The notes under the pieces: model-generated
What the model saw: the letters and a program-made list of their open reading frames with translations, nothing else
Database searches by the model: none
Told to the model about the DNA's origin: nothing
Position numbers and translations under genes: made by a program
Assembly: GCA_965223295.1 (NCBI GenBank)
Contig: CBDCWC010000002.1
Span: 1 to 64,000, forward strand
From: Nitrospirales bacterium
Lineage (GTDB): Bacteria > Nitrospirota > Nitrospiria > Nitrospirales > UBA8639
Reading direction: 5' to 3'
Length of the DNA stretch: 64,000 bases
Shown here: positions 28,053 to 38,374 of the stretch, piece after piece
Layout of the letters: the number at the start of each line of letters is the position of its first letter
How positions within the stretch are numbered: position 1 is the first letter of the stretch

Positions 28053-28916
28053 CTAGAAATTCCCAAACTTGCCATTGGTATTTTTCCATTCATCTTTGGG
28101 GATGATTGTTTCGATCACATCCCAGTGCTCCACTATTTTGCCCTCTTGCACTCGGAAAAGATCGTAGAAGGACGTAGGCTGATTCGCAAAGGTCCCTTCA
28201 CTGATACTGAGTACAAAATTGCCTTCCCCCAGCACTTTGTGAATGGTTGTGTGGGCCATGGTAATGCCTTGTTTGGCCATCGCTTCGAGCGCTTGGCTAA
28301 GTCCAGATAGACCATCAGCGATTGCCGTGTTGTGTTGGATGTAATTGTTCCCATCAATATAATTGCCGATCTTGTCCATTTCTCCTTTGGCCAGAATGGT
28401 TTGGATGAATGACTGCACCAAGGCCTTGTTTGACTGGGTCTTATCAAGGTCTTGGATTGTGGTTGGTCCATCAAGTTGGGTATGGCCACTTGGGTTGGGC
28501 GCGGTCGCCTTCTCAGTCAGGTTGTCCCAATGTTCGACAATCAACCCGTCTTCAAACCTGAACACATCAAACCCAATTTTGGGACCAAAGAAGTTGTAGT
28601 CGGTGTGGGTAAACACATAGTCCCCATCCTGAAATGATCTCACCACGTTCACTTTGGCGCTTCCTTTAGGCAGTGCTTGCAAAACTGCTCCGAATCCAGC
28701 AAGACCGTCACCCACTGATAAGTTGTGTTGCGTGTAACGTGTAGGGTGCACATAACTCACTGCCGTTTGGTCGCCGGTTTGGATGCTGTTGAGCAGGGCA
28801 ACGGCTTTTTCTTTATTTGAAAGATTCATGGCGCTTTCCATATTCCTAAGGTTAGATGTGCAGGCTGTCCCAGATAGAACAGCAAGGACGAGTGATGACA
28901 GAATGATGTTCTTCAT
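28053..28916 (-). CDS. Tandem SnoaL-domain lipoprotein
   Basis: GTAC lipobox-like motif; two Y.QHN...DG..G / IVEHWD repeats. Confidence 0.85.
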   Translation of the reverse strand: MKNIILSSLVLAVLSGTACTSNLRNMESAMNLSNKEKAVALLNSIQTGDQTAVSYVHPTRYTQHNLSVGDGLAGFGAVLQALPKGSAKVNVVRSFQDGDYVFTHTDYNFFGPKIGFDVFRFEDGLIVEHWDNLTEKATAPNPSGHTQLDGPTTIQDLDKTQSNKALVQSFIQTILAKGEMDKIGNYIDGNNYIQHNTAIADGLSGLSQALEAMAKQGITMAHTTIHKVLGEGNFVLSISEGTFANQPTSFYDLFRVQEGKIVEHWDVIETIIPKDEWKNTNGKFGNF

Positions 28917-29009
28917 GAATGGCTCCCTCCTTTACTATGTGGATGAATGGAAGATAGCCGCTTCCGAAAAAGAAGAACAGATCAATCTTTTCCATAAAAA
29001 GGTCAATCT

Positions 29010-29882
29010 CTAACCTTTGAAACTGTCCTTGAATTGATTTGGGGTGACCAAGGCATGCTTTTTGAAGTACTTGACAAAATTACTGACCTCTTCAAAGCCA
29101 AGCGCATAGGCAAGTTGCGATACTTGGATGTTCTCGATGGCCAGCCTTCTTTTCGCTTCAAGGATCGTATGTGCATCAATGAGTTGTTTGGGTGTTTGCC
29201 GAGTGGCTTGCTTGCAGAGATGATTGAGGGTTTTATAGGTCATGCCCATCATGTCGGCATATGCGGTCGCGTCCTTGGTTGAGGCAAAGTTGTCTTCAAG
29301 CAAGGATAAGAACTGCCAAAATTGTTGTCGGTGTGATTCGCTTAGCTCATGTGTGGACGAATGAGACCTTTCGCGACGCAATTTGAGCATTAACGAGGTA
29401 AACAGCAGTTGAAAGATGAGGTGATCGCCATGCTCCTTGCCCGACACTTTTTTCATTTCTGAGAGTAAGGCTTCACAACTCTCTTTGAGTAGATGGTCGA
29501 CAGTGAGCACAGAGGGAGATGCCGGATTGAAACCGGATATCAGTGTCGGCATTCTTATACTGATTTGGATCGAGTCGACAAACTTATGTGTAAAGAGAAT
29601 CATGAACCCCTGTGGTTGATTGTCGAGATCAAAGGCATGCACCTGGCGTCTGTTGATAAAAATAAAGCTACCTGGTTGGAAGGGATAGTGATTGAAATCG
29701 ATAAAGTGAGTGCCGACACCTTCAGTAATGTAGATTAAATGGTGGAATTTCACGCGGTGAGGAGCGAATGGATTGACAGGCAGGTTAGGCGCTCGCTTAT
29801 ACAGAGAAGCTAACTCAAGGAGTTCGACTCCGGCATTATTAGCATCTTGAGGTTGAAATTCAATGGTTGGTATTTTCGCCAA
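29010..29882 (-). CDS. AraC-family regulator
   Basis: PHRVKFH cupin, LEAKRRL, LGFEEVSNFVKYFKK. Confidence 0.92.
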   Translation of the reverse strand: MAKIPTIEFQPQDANNAGVELLELASLYKRAPNLPVNPFAPHRVKFHHLIYITEGVGTHFIDFNHYPFQPGSFIFINRRQVHAFDLDNQPQGFMILFTHKFVDSIQISIRMPTLISGFNPASPSVLTVDHLLKESCEALLSEMKKVSGKEHGDHLIFQLLFTSLMLKLRRERSHSSTHELSESHRQQFWQFLSLLEDNFASTKDATAYADMMGMTYKTLNHLCKQATRQTPKQLIDAHTILEAKRRLAIENIQVSQLAYALGFEEVSNFVKYFKKHALVTPNQFKDSFKG

Positions 29883-30240
29883 TACTTCTTCCTAAATAGA
29901 CGTATCAGGATAGCACGTAATATATCTCCCTTCTTGGCGTGCAATATTACCGTATTTTTCTCGCTACTCTAAATTGTCGGTTATCCGTTACAGTGCTTCC
30001 GGCCAGAAGCGGACATTTATTCGCCAGCTCCCCTTGACCTTCCCATACCTTAAAGCCACCTAGAGTGATATAGGTTTGGGCATTAAGGTTGCCAATGTAA
30101 GTTGACAAACCCGTCTTCCATTTTTCATCATCTCCTCTTTTCACCTACCATACCAATCAGTTTAAGAACGTCTGAATTCCATTCTCCCAATTCCCTAGGC
30201 CAGTTTCATTGTTGTTTTTCGTAATCCCATAATCTACCGC

Positions 30241-30978
30241 ATGTGCCTTCTCTCCATCTTTCAATCCGCCTCATTCCTTAGTCTGACCTTGGCCTCTGCG
30301 ATTTTCCTGAAGAATCCGGTCCTAGCACATGATTATTGGTTTGAACGGGAGGGACAGGAGTATGTGTTGTATCGCGGGCATCATTTTGGCGACCATGAAG
30401 GGGAATCCCTCGTTCCCTATGACCCGGCGATCATCCAGCACGTGACTTGTGTAGCCCCTGATGGGGCCCTTCGATCGGTCCGCCCTCCAACCCAGTACCC
30501 CACACGGATTCCTGGCCCATGTGCTCGACTCACGGTAGAGGTGGATTCGGGCTATTGGTCTGTAAATGGAATCGAGACGTTCAATCAATCTAAGGAAGAG
30601 GTTCCGGACGCGCTCAGTTCATGGCGTGCGATCGAGAGTACCACGTTGCTCAATTCCTGGAATAAATTTGAACACCTACCCCCCTTACCACAGGGATTAG
30701 AGATCTTTCTCGAAAAAAACCCTTTTCTGACAGAGGAAGGAGAAAAACTGCGCCTTGTGGTCTTGCAGGCGGGAGAACCCCGTCAAGGGGTAACGGTGGC
30801 TTATGATGGCAATCCTCGGGGGGTGACCGGTTCGGACGGCCGAATCAATATTCGCGTGCGCCATGGCGGCCTTCAAGTTATCACTGGCAGCTTGAGAGAA
30901 CCCGCCTCAGATACTCGAAAGGCGGATACCCTCCTCCGCAGCGCCACCTTGTTATTTGAGTTGCCTGAAACCCCATAA
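30241..30978 (+). CDS. DUF4198-like periplasmic (Ni/Co-associated) protein
   Basis: Signal peptide ending VLA|HDYW; GLEI...NP, TGSDGRINI. Confidence 0.7.
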   Translation: MCLLSIFQSASFLSLTLASAIFLKNPVLAHDYWFEREGQEYVLYRGHHFGDHEGESLVPYDPAIIQHVTCVAPDGALRSVRPPTQYPTRIPGPCARLTVEVDSGYWSVNGIETFNQSKEEVPDALSSWRAIESTTLLNSWNKFEHLPPLPQGLEIFLEKNPFLTEEGEKLRLVVLQAGEPRQGVTVAYDGNPRGVTGSDGRINIRVRHGGLQVITGSLREPASDTRKADTLLRSATLLFELPETP

Positions 30979-30981
30979 ACC

Positions 30982-32004
30982 ATGGCAGCTCCTCAGTCAC
31001 TCTTAAACATTCGATGGGTAATCCTCGCCAGCATACTGGCGTTCCTGGGAACAAGGGTTTTTCCCGCTTATGCTCACCATGGAGTGGCAGGAATTGGAGC
31101 CGCCGCCCTGGAAGGCCACGGTGCGCCGATCGAGGCGGCCACCTCGGCCACCTTACCGGACGGCAAAGTTCTCCTGTACTTTAAACTCGACCATGCGGAT
31201 TATGAGACATTCGACTCCGATCCATCGAACCCTGAGAGTGATTACGCCAATTTCTGGATTGGAGGCCTCGGGTATGGGGTTACCCCATGGTTCTCGACCT
31301 ACCTCTTTGTTCCTTACAATCAAAAGGAGGATGAACCTGGCGGATTCGATACCAGTGGCTTTGCGGATATTTCCCTGTTTGGGCAAATCGGATTCAAATG
31401 GGATGAAGGCTTGCGTCTGATTCCGGCGAATGAAAGTCTGGACGACTTCGAAGACTGGCACTTTACCCTAATCGGGGGTTTTACCATCCCTACGGGAGAC
31501 GACAATGTGCGAGACGATGATGGCGATATTGACCCAGGCAAATCGACCGGCTTTGGGTCTCCTTCTTACTATACAGGGCTAACCGCAACCAGAGTTTTCG
31601 TCGACCGGTGGACCGTGAATCTGGAACTGTCTCGGACGGCTTTTACCGAAAACCGGTATGCAGATGGAAATCGAACTCGCTTCGGGACCGAATACCGGGT
31701 GAATCCAGCCTTGGTCTACCGGGCGTATACTAATCCCCAGCATAAGGTCCGGTTCGACATTTCTGGAGAGCCCCAATACCTCCACCTCGGCAGAGATCGC
31801 ACCAATGGTGATGATGAACGAGCCACTGGTGGAGACATTCTATACCTACTGGGAGGCCTCCGAGGGTATTGGCGGAATGTCAGTGCAGCGGTTGGGGTGA
31901 AGGTTCCGATCTGGAAAGATCTTAATGAAGAAGCCGATCAACAAGGGGGAGAAGGGACCGAAAACTACCGGTTCATTTTTACTTTCTCAGTTTTGTTCCC
32001 TTAA
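30982..32004 (+). CDS. Putative outer-membrane beta-barrel transporter
   Basis: Signal AYA|HH, G.ADI..., IPTG, alternating C-terminal strand ending in F. Confidence 0.65.
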   Translation: MAAPQSLLNIRWVILASILAFLGTRVFPAYAHHGVAGIGAAALEGHGAPIEAATSATLPDGKVLLYFKLDHADYETFDSDPSNPESDYANFWIGGLGYGVTPWFSTYLFVPYNQKEDEPGGFDTSGFADISLFGQIGFKWDEGLRLIPANESLDDFEDWHFTLIGGFTIPTGDDNVRDDDGDIDPGKSTGFGSPSYYTGLTATRVFVDRWTVNLELSRTAFTENRYADGNRTRFGTEYRVNPALVYRAYTNPQHKVRFDISGEPQYLHLGRDRTNGDDERATGGDILYLLGGLRGYWRNVSAAVGVKVPIWKDLNEEADQQGGEGTENYRFIFTFSVLFP

Positions 32005-32317
32005 AGGTATGGGCGTTTACAAACCAGGTGGTTGGGGAACGATGTATCTAGGTAGAGAGGTGACTGAATTGAGTATCCGCTTTGGGTCGTGATTTGCCGT
32101 TTACTGTATCTGGCACCAGGACTTGAAATTGAAAGGTGGGCATGGTTCAAAAGGGGACCGATTGGGATCTGTGCTATTAACCATGTGGTTCACTTACAAG
32201 GCCGCTCCACATACGACTTATCTCACCATCCATCGTGCCCTCGATGCATTGGAAATAGCCTGAGGCCGTTTGCTCGGCTGTCAGGATAGGTATCTGGTTC
32301 ATGGATATGGGGGGTTC

Positions 32318-32797
32318 TTACTTCACCGCCTCATCTGCGATCGCGTTCAGGGCATGTTCAAACTTTGCCATGGCTGTTTGGTTAGAGGGCATTCCATGCC
32401 GAGGGTAGATTGTGCCATACAAGTATGTCGCTGAATTGTAACTCAGAAATACCTGTCCTTTCTCGTCTTCCCAGACCAGGGCTTTTAATGGGAGATCGAT
32501 GGCGAGGGTCGGGGTCTTGAGAAAATTCGGTGTCCCAAGGCGAGGATTTCCAAAGACGATGACGGTAGCGGGCGGCATCGTCAACCCCACAGATTTGGCG
32601 GCGGCGGAATGATCTAAGCGTGTAAAGAGGGTCAGTCCACGTGCTTTCACGGCTGCTTCAAATTTGTTAATCGTCGCCTCAACGGAATGCGCACTTGGTT
32701 TTGTAATTAAACCTTCGGCAGCGAAGTTTGGTATGGCCAGGCACAACAACAAGATGGTGATGCTGCCAGGAAGGAATAATCGATACATCTTCATCAT
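32318..32797 (-). CDS. Secreted DUF302 protein
   Basis: DHSAAAKSVG, VFGNP..GT, IDLPLKALVWED. Confidence 0.88.
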   Translation of the reverse strand: MMKMYRLFLPGSITILLLCLAIPNFAAEGLITKPSAHSVEATINKFEAAVKARGLTLFTRLDHSAAAKSVGLTMPPATVIVFGNPRLGTPNFLKTPTLAIDLPLKALVWEDEKGQVFLSYNSATYLYGTIYPRHGMPSNQTAMAKFEHALNAIADEAVK

Positions 32798-33175
32798 GAT
32801 TCTCCGTAAAGTAGGGTGGACTAATGACAGGGGCAATGGCTTGACCTAGCAATGAAGGAATTCTTGAATGAGAGTGAGAAATCAAATTGGTGGGTTGCAA
32901 TTAAAGAACTCTGTCTCTTACCACTTGCCTGAAGGAAGACATGCGAATGTATCAAATCACCTGCCTTACAACAACAAACCCCATCTATACTCTGCGCCCT
33001 GCTCAAGATAATTTGTTTTCGACTTTGTGGATATCTCAAAAACCCCTGTTTGTTCTGTACCCGACCTGTCCTGGAGGTTTCAAACAGGTTGGGTCTGTTC
33101 AGTTCTTATCATCCATCCTTAACTATCAAGAGCCTTTCTTCTGCGGACCCATTAACTGTTTCTGATGTGATCTGT

Positions 33176-33216
33176 TTGACATTGGTCTAAAAATTCCATA
33201 TATCTGGATATATGGA
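33176..33216 (+). promoter_or_regulatory. ars promoter and ArsR operator
   Basis: TTGACA at 33176, TATATC 17 bp later; perfect IR TCCATATATC-tg-GATATATGGA (33195-33216) overlapping the ATG. Confidence 0.75.
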
Positions 33217-33592
33217 TATTGAAAAGAGCACACTTGTCTTTGACGCATTATCTCAAGAAACGCGCCTGCGAGCCTTTCGCATGCTGGTCCAAGCGGGATC
33301 AGATGGGCTTCCAGCTGGAGCCATAAGCGAAGAACTTAGCATACCACAGAACACCCTCTCTTTTCACCTCAATCACCTCTCTCATGCGGGTATTGTGAGA
33401 TCACGCAGGGAAGGGCGATCTATTATGTACTTTGCCGATTTTGAACTGATGGGAGAGTTAATCAGTTTTTTGGTGAAGGACTGTTGCAGTAGAGAAGTGG
33501 CCAATATCCGCCGGGATAAAAAGAAGGGCTGTTCTATTATTGAACTTGTCGATTGTTGCAAGCCGAAGGTGGAAGCGACGGCAAATGGCTAA
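33212..33592 (+). CDS. arsR: ArsR/SmtB repressor
   Basis: ALSQETRL..FR.LV, NTLSFHL, DCC. Confidence 0.92.
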   Translation: MDIEKSTLVFDALSQETRLRAFRMLVQAGSDGLPAGAISEELSIPQNTLSFHLNHLSHAGIVRSRREGRSIMYFADFELMGELISFLVKDCCSREVANIRRDKKKGCSIIELVDCCKPKVEATANG

Positions 33593-34010
33593 TGTTCTTC
33601 AAAAAGTGTTGTTTGTCTGTACGGGAAATTCTTGCCGCTCAATTATGGCCGAAATGTTGCTCAATAGTCTTGGCAAGGGCCGTTATCAGGCTTTCAGTGC
33701 CGGTAGTAGCCCGATAGGTCAAGTTCATCCTCAATCTATTGAAACGCTGAAGCGTCACGGTATCGCCCCCGGCCAGCCGCGTAGTAAATCATGGGATGAG
33801 TTTGCCGGGAGGCATGTTGATATTGTGATAACCGTGTGTGACCGGGCTGCTGGCGAAAGTTGTCCTCTCTTTCCTGGACATTCCAAGAAACTGCATTGGA
33901 GTACGCCTGACCCAGCTCAAGCGACAGATACTGAGGATGAAATCCACGCGGCCTTTGATGAAGCCTTCGCTTTGCTTCGAACCCATATTGAAAAAGAACT
34001 GTTACTATGA
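33585..34010 (+). CDS. arsC: Arsenate reductase (LMW-PTP/thioredoxin type)
   Basis: [12 protein letters not shown]...ESCP, HW..PDP. Confidence 0.92.
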   Translation: MANVLQKVLFVCTGNSCRSIMAEMLLNSLGKGRYQAFSAGSSPIGQVHPQSIETLKRHGIAPGQPRSKSWDEFAGRHVDIVITVCDRAAGESCPLFPGHSKKLHWSTPDPAQATDTEDEIHAAFDEAFALLRTHIEKELLL

Positions 34011-35077
34011 GTGAACAATCGCCACTTGGGGTGTTTGGCCGTTATTTAAGCCTGTGGGTTGGACTGTGTATTTTGACAGGAATTGGGTTGGGCAACGCCT
34101 TTCCCTCACTGTTCCAAGTGGTGGCTGATTTGAAATATGCCAATGTCAACTTCATCGTGGCCATACTGATCTGGGTCATGATTTACCCGATGATGACGCA
34201 GGTCGATTTTTCCAGCCTAAAAAATCTTAGCCAAAGACCGCGTGGCCTGTGCATCACTCTGGTTGTGAATTGGTTGATTAAACCCTTTACCATGGCTGCA
34301 TTGGGGATTATGTTCTTTGAGCATGTCTTTGCCGGGTGGGTCGAGCCTGAAGCTGCCAAGGAGTATATTGCTGGAATGATCTTGCTTGGTGTGGCGCCAT
34401 GTACAGCCATGGTCTTCGTGTGGAGTCAGCTGACTCGCGGAGATGCTGGCTATACGCTGGTGCAGGTATCCATCAATGATCTCATTATGATCTTTGCCTT
34501 TGCACCCATCGCGGGGTTTCTCCTGGGCATCACAGATATCCTTGTGCCGTGGGAGACTCTGCTGTTGTCTGTGGTGCTGTATGTCGTCATTCCCCTTGTG
34601 GCCGGATTTTTTACCCGGTCTTTTCTTATCAAGAAGAAAGACAACCAAGATACATTAAAACGTTTCGCCAAGCATCTTGAGCCGTATTCGATTATTGGCC
34701 TTTTGGCGACCGTGGTATTACTCTTCGGGTTTCAGGCACAGACGATTCTTGATCAACCCCTGGTGATCGGGCTAATTGCCGTTCCTTTGCTGATACAGAG
34801 CTATGCCATATTCTTTGTGGCCTATGGGTGGTCGTATCTCTGGAGCGTGCCACACAATATTGCCGCTCCCGCATCTTTGATCGGAACCTCTAATTTCTTT
34901 GAGCTGGCCGTCGCGGTGGCCATTAGCCTGTTTGGGCTCCATTCCGGTGCGGCACTGGCGACGGTGGTCGGTGTCTTAGTTGAAGTCCCGGTTATGCTGT
35001 CACTGGTGGCCTTTGCCAATCGCACTAAAAGACAGTTCCTTCACGTACCCCATCTACCGTCTGTCTTCTCTCCGTAA
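34007..35077 (+). CDS. acr3: ACR3 arsenite efflux permease
   Basis: [36 protein letters not shown]. Confidence 0.95.
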   Translation: MSEQSPLGVFGRYLSLWVGLCILTGIGLGNAFPSLFQVVADLKYANVNFIVAILIWVMIYPMMTQVDFSSLKNLSQRPRGLCITLVVNWLIKPFTMAALGIMFFEHVFAGWVEPEAAKEYIAGMILLGVAPCTAMVFVWSQLTRGDAGYTLVQVSINDLIMIFAFAPIAGFLLGITDILVPWETLLLSVVLYVVIPLVAGFFTRSFLIKKKDNQDTLKRFAKHLEPYSIIGLLATVVLLFGFQAQTILDQPLVIGLIAVPLLIQSYAIFFVAYGWSYLWSVPHNIAAPASLIGTSNFFELAVAVAISLFGLHSGAALATVVGVLVEVPVMLSLVAFANRTKRQFLHVPHLPSVFSP

Positions 35078-35155
35078 GCAACCGAGCCACACACTTTGTC
35101 TCTCGGTCTTCCATGCTGGTATTTTTTCAGAAGCAGGGCGATGATTTTCATGTTC

Positions 35156-35346
35156 GGGAGTGTTGAATAGTGAGGATATCAAAGGCCATGTTTCATCAGG
35201 AAGTCCTTGACAATCAATAGCCTCGGGTCTGTTCAAAAAAGTCCGTCTAGCAAGGCCGCAGCCCTTTTTGCGCGCGGAGCGTACTGGCACTACGTGAGCA
35301 CGGAAAAAGGGCGAGAACGCCGCTGGCGGCTTTTTTCAACAGACCC
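35156..35346. mobile_element. Composite MITE (module C 35156-35224 + module A 35225-35346), inverted
   Basis: Reverse complement of 9221-9555 without the B insertion. Confidence 0.8.
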
Positions 35347-35369
35347 AGGCTGAGAAAGGCCTGGGAAGG

Positions 35370-36078
35370 ATGAACTCCGTCCATACCATATCGCTGTTAG
35401 GACTGATTTTGGCATTTATGCCGACGGTCGTTGTCATAAGCATTCTGTATCGATGGGGGTTGGATGTTCGGACCTCCTTGTCTGCCGTCACTCGGATGCT
35501 CGTTCAGTTGTTGTTAATCGGCTATGTCTTGGTGACAATCTTTGAAACCGATCATGCAGGAATGATCGTGCTTGTACTCATGCGATCATGCTCGTCGCAG
35601 CGAGTTGGATTGCACGTGCGCCCCCTTCAGGAAAAACGGACACTCCTGTACAGAAATGCCTTCCTCGGCATATGTGTGGGAAGCATGCTGACTCTTGCGC
35701 TGGTGACGCAGTTGGTGCTGGGCGTTGAACCGTGGTTTTTGCCTCGATATGTTGTGCCTCTTGCTGGAATGATCATTGCCAGCTCTATGAACGCGGTCAG
35801 TCTTGCAGCCGAGCGGTTTGAGTCGGAAATGCGAAAAGGCGGTCGCTATGATGAGGCGAGAAGTGTGGCGCTTACAGGCGGCGCTCATTCCAGTGACTAA
35901 TTCGCTCTTCGCCGTTGGGTTGGTCTCTTTGCCAGGGATGATGACCGGGTCAGATTCTCTCAGGCGTGTCTCGCCTTTCGTGGCTGCGAAATATCAAATT
36001 GTGGTCATGTGTATGATATTCGGAGCTTCAGGAATGTCAGCCGCAATGTACCTGGTGCTTGCAAAAAATCATCACTGA
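35370..36078 (+). pseudogene. FetB/YbbM-type ABC permease with several frameshifts
   Basis: RMLVQLLLIGY, PRYVVPLAGM, VGLVSLPGMMTG, YQIVVM spread over frames; IMLVAASWIA and GQILSGVS lie out of frame. Confidence 0.75.
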
Positions 36079-36332
36079 CCAACGTGATACGAGCAGATAT
36101 TCAGCAGGACAGTGTCCAATAGAAAAACCACTAGTGCTGCTCCTGAGTCCTATCCCACCACCATCCAGAAACAGGTTCTACAAGAGGTGTTGCGCCTGAT
36201 TCACGAATCACAAATTCTGTACATTTGAAAATGTATTGGCTAGGATTAACTCATTAATATTTAAAAGTATATGTTTTGTCCATTAAACTGTGCGGTAGGC
36301 TTGTGATCAGTTTTTGAAATGAATCGGCTCAG

Positions 36333-36464
36333 TATTCCTCTCCTTTGTAAGGAGAGGTTAGGTGAGGTAGAGCCTTTGGTCATTGGAAAGTCATGACTCG
36401 TTCAGCTGAGACAAATTTCAAAGAGACTACCTCCCCTCTGCCCCTCCTTACAAAGGAGGGGGAA
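36333..36464. repeat. Inverted pair of family-D REP-like units (REPIN-like)
   Basis: cctctcctttgtaaggagagg..ggtgaggtag (36333-36372) and ctacctcccc..cccctccttacaaaggagggg (36427-36464). Confidence 0.8.
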
Positions 36465-36492
36465 GAGCAAGGGTTATCCTTATAGAAATCAG

Positions 36493-36981
36493 ATGAAAAC
36501 GAGCATTGCTGTTTTTGTGTCTTATGCCAGGGCTAATCGGGATTTGGCCAGACGTTTTTTGAAGAATTTCAAGGAACAGGTTGCACCCTCAAGGTGCTAT
36601 TCCTATAAATTTTGGCGGGACTCAGACATTCTCGTAGGAGAAAAATGGCACGAAGAAATTCAAAATGCTTTGATGAAATGTGATGTAGGGCTAGTGTTGA
36701 TTAGCCCGGCGTTTTTAGGTTCGCAGTATATTCAAGAGCATGAATTGCCAAAATTTCTGAAGCGGGGAGGAAAAACAGTGATCCCGGTGCTGCTACAGCC
36801 GATTGATTTAGATCGACATGACTTAAAAGGGCTTCAGCGTGTACAAATTTTCAGGTTAGACCGCCCGCGTTTCGCCTCGCCAAAGGCGTATGGCGAATGC
36901 TCTGGTGCCCAGCGCCAGCAATTTACCTTGGAACTCTTTCGTCAAGTTGAGGCACGGTTGGACAAGATTGTGCCTGAATAA
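36493..36981 (+). CDS. Stand-alone TIR-domain protein
   Basis: VFVSYAR, FWRD..I.VGEKW..EI, LISPAFLGSQYI..HEL, VIPVLL. Confidence 0.88.
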   Translation: MKTSIAVFVSYARANRDLARRFLKNFKEQVAPSRCYSYKFWRDSDILVGEKWHEEIQNALMKCDVGLVLISPAFLGSQYIQEHELPKFLKRGGKTVIPVLLQPIDLDRHDLKGLQRVQIFRLDRPRFASPKAYGECSGAQRQQFTLELFRQVEARLDKIVPE

Positions 36982-36995
36982 AATGTCAAAATCTT

Positions 36996-38279
36996 ATGTC
37001 TGAACCAACCATCATCTGTCCAAGTTGCAAAGCTGAGGTCAAACTGACGGAATCTTTAGCCGCTCCGCTGCTGGAAGCCACGAAGCGTGAGTTTGAACAT
37101 CGGCTTATGCAAAAAGAAGCCGAATCGGTTAAGCGAGAAGCGGCTATCCGTGAGCGAGAAGTGGCGCTGGCGAAGTCGCAAGAAGCTCTTGATGCACAAG
37201 TAGCTGAGAAACTAAAGACAGAGCGCACGCGGATTGTTGCTGAGGAGTCAAAGAAAGCGAAGCTGGCGTTAACACATGACCTTGAACAGAAATCAAAAGA
37301 TCTCCTTGAATTGCAGGGACTGCTGAAGCAGCGGGATGAAAAATTAGCTGAAGCCCAGAAAGCACAGGCTGATTTACTTCGCAAACAACGCGAGTTGGAT
37401 GATGCCAAGCGTGAACTCGATCTCACTGTGGAGAAACGTGTTCAAGCGGGGCTCACGGTGACACGGGAGCAAGCGAAGAAAGAAGCCGATGACGCGGCGA
37501 AGTTGAAGCTCATGGAAGCTGAGCAAACGATTTCTTCCATGCAAAAACAAGTGGAAGAATTGAAGCGTAAAGCGGAGCAAGGTTCCCAGCAATTACAGGG
37601 CGAAGTTCAGGAATTGGAACTGGAGGGGCTTCTGACTGCGAAGTTTCCACATGATACAATTCAGCCAGTGCCAAAAGGTGAACATGGCGGTGATGTTTTA
37701 CAATATGTGGGCGGTCCTTATGGTCAAGCTTGCGGCACGATACTCTGGGAATCCAAGCGGACAAAGAATTGGGCCAATGCCTGGCTTGTAAAGTTGCGAG
37801 AGGATCAACGGCAGGCTAAGGCGGAATTAGCTGTGATTGTGAGTCAGAGGCTTCCCAAAGACATGACAACCTTTGGACTGATTGACGGTGTGTGGGTGAC
37901 TGAACCCCAATCAGCGCTTTCCCTTGCGATGGCTCTCCGGCATAGTTTGCTAGAAGTCGCCTTGGCCAAACAGGCGAACGAGGGACAACAAACCAAAATG
38001 GAAATGGTGTATGACTATTTGATGGGCCCCCGGTTCCGTCAGCGTGTGGAGGCCATTGCAGAGGCTTTTAAAACCATGCAAGAAGATCTGGATAAAGAGC
38101 GTAAAGTCATCATGAAGCAATGGGCGAAACGCGAAGCGCAGGTTGATCGTGTGATGCAAGCGACTGTGGGCATGTATGGTGACTTACAGGGTATTGCCGG
38201 TAAAACCCTACAGGAAATCGAAGGTCTGGAATTAAGGGCTCTTGATGTCTCGACTGTTGAGCAATCAACAAAAGACTAG
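36996..38279 (+). CDS. DUF2130-family coiled-coil protein
   Basis: ICPSC, coiled coil, GSQQLQGEVQELELE, WESKRTKNW, KLREDQR. Confidence 0.88.
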   Translation: MSEPTIICPSCKAEVKLTESLAAPLLEATKREFEHRLMQKEAESVKREAAIREREVALAKSQEALDAQVAEKLKTERTRIVAEESKKAKLALTHDLEQKSKDLLELQGLLKQRDEKLAEAQKAQADLLRKQRELDDAKRELDLTVEKRVQAGLTVTREQAKKEADDAAKLKLMEAEQTISSMQKQVEELKRKAEQGSQQLQGEVQELELEGLLTAKFPHDTIQPVPKGEHGGDVLQYVGGPYGQACGTILWESKRTKNWANAWLVKLREDQRQAKAELAVIVSQRLPKDMTTFGLIDGVWVTEPQSALSLAMALRHSLLEVALAKQANEGQQTKMEMVYDYLMGPRFRQRVEAIAEAFKTMQEDLDKERKVIMKQWAKREAQVDRVMQATVGMYGDLQGIAGKTLQEIEGLELRALDVSTVEQSTKD

Positions 38280-38280
38280 A

Positions 38281-38374
38281 AGGCACCTCTAAAAACCGTC
38301 CTTTTTCCCGATGGCGGAGTCAGCTGCGTGCTGCTTCCTTGCCCTCGAAAACCCCCCGATTTTTAGAGATGCCC
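38281..38374. mobile_element. MITE family B, copy 2 (internally deleted)
   Basis: aggcacctctaaaaac...tttttagagatgccc; flanks TAGA/TAAA. Confidence 0.8.

Noticed and set aside
29947-30144. 65-aa minus-strand ORF as a gene fragment
   Set aside because: No recognisable motif; cannot be supported without a search
33059-33094. 11-bp hairpin upstream of the ars promoter as a riboswitch/ncRNA
   Set aside because: No conserved aptamer motif recognised
36986-37426. Ser/Arg-rich minus-strand ORF and similar antisense ORFs throughout the window
   Set aside because: Shadows of well-supported genes on the opposite strand
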